From Phoronis australis (Eukaryota > Animalia > Phoronida), in assembly GCA_002633005.1 (NCBI GenBank), contig NMRA01000632.1, forward strand, positions 62,001 through 126,000: a DNA stretch of 64,000 nt, given 5' to 3'. This document shows positions 63,814 through 64,000 of this stretch, piece by piece; within the stretch, counting starts at the first letter, position 1, and the number at the start of each line of letters is the position of its first letter. A program made the position numbers and the translations under genes. The notes beneath the pieces are model-generated. The model was not told the origin of the DNA, did not search any database, and saw only the letters and a program-made list of their open reading frames with translations.

Positions 63814-64000
63814 ATAATATACATGTAGTCAGTGGACCCTAGGCTGAAAAAGAAGATTTCGTGGGTACTTTTGACCTCTATGGCTAACTAGAGTATTTCT
63901 AACTCAATATTTAAAGCGGCATTAAAGGCACTATTTCCGCTTCATTTTTGTTAAAAACTTCATGAAACGGATCTTTACGCAAACACTTTTATTCGAAACC

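Overview
Eukaryotic (invertebrate animal-like) genomic DNA: intron-rich and dense in transposon relics, with no prokaryotic features. Three protein-coding genes were assembled by hand from GT-AG exons with consistent phases. (1) + strand 1017-8941: a ~789-aa protein joining a PRDM-type zinc knuckle and PR/SET domain to the seven-finger C2H2 array of the PLAG family; vertebrate PLAG proteins have no PR domain. (2) - strand 31022-12683: a 12-exon, ~722-aa TMEM8/PGAP6-family (CREST-type) membrane protein, convergent with gene 1. (3) + strand 54033-54182: the first coding exon of a SCYL2-like pseudokinase, missed by the ORF track; no later exon was recognised in the window. The rest holds a decayed hAT element, a decayed Tc1/mariner (maT-like) element with nested insertions, LINE fragments, several MITE families, HINE-like elements rich in CTCF-like motifs, minisatellites and microsatellites. 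An unusual 353-bp tRNA-containing insertion with terminal redundancy, an inversion and a 12-bp TSD lies in an intron of gene 1. All family assignments come from recalled motifs, not from database searches.
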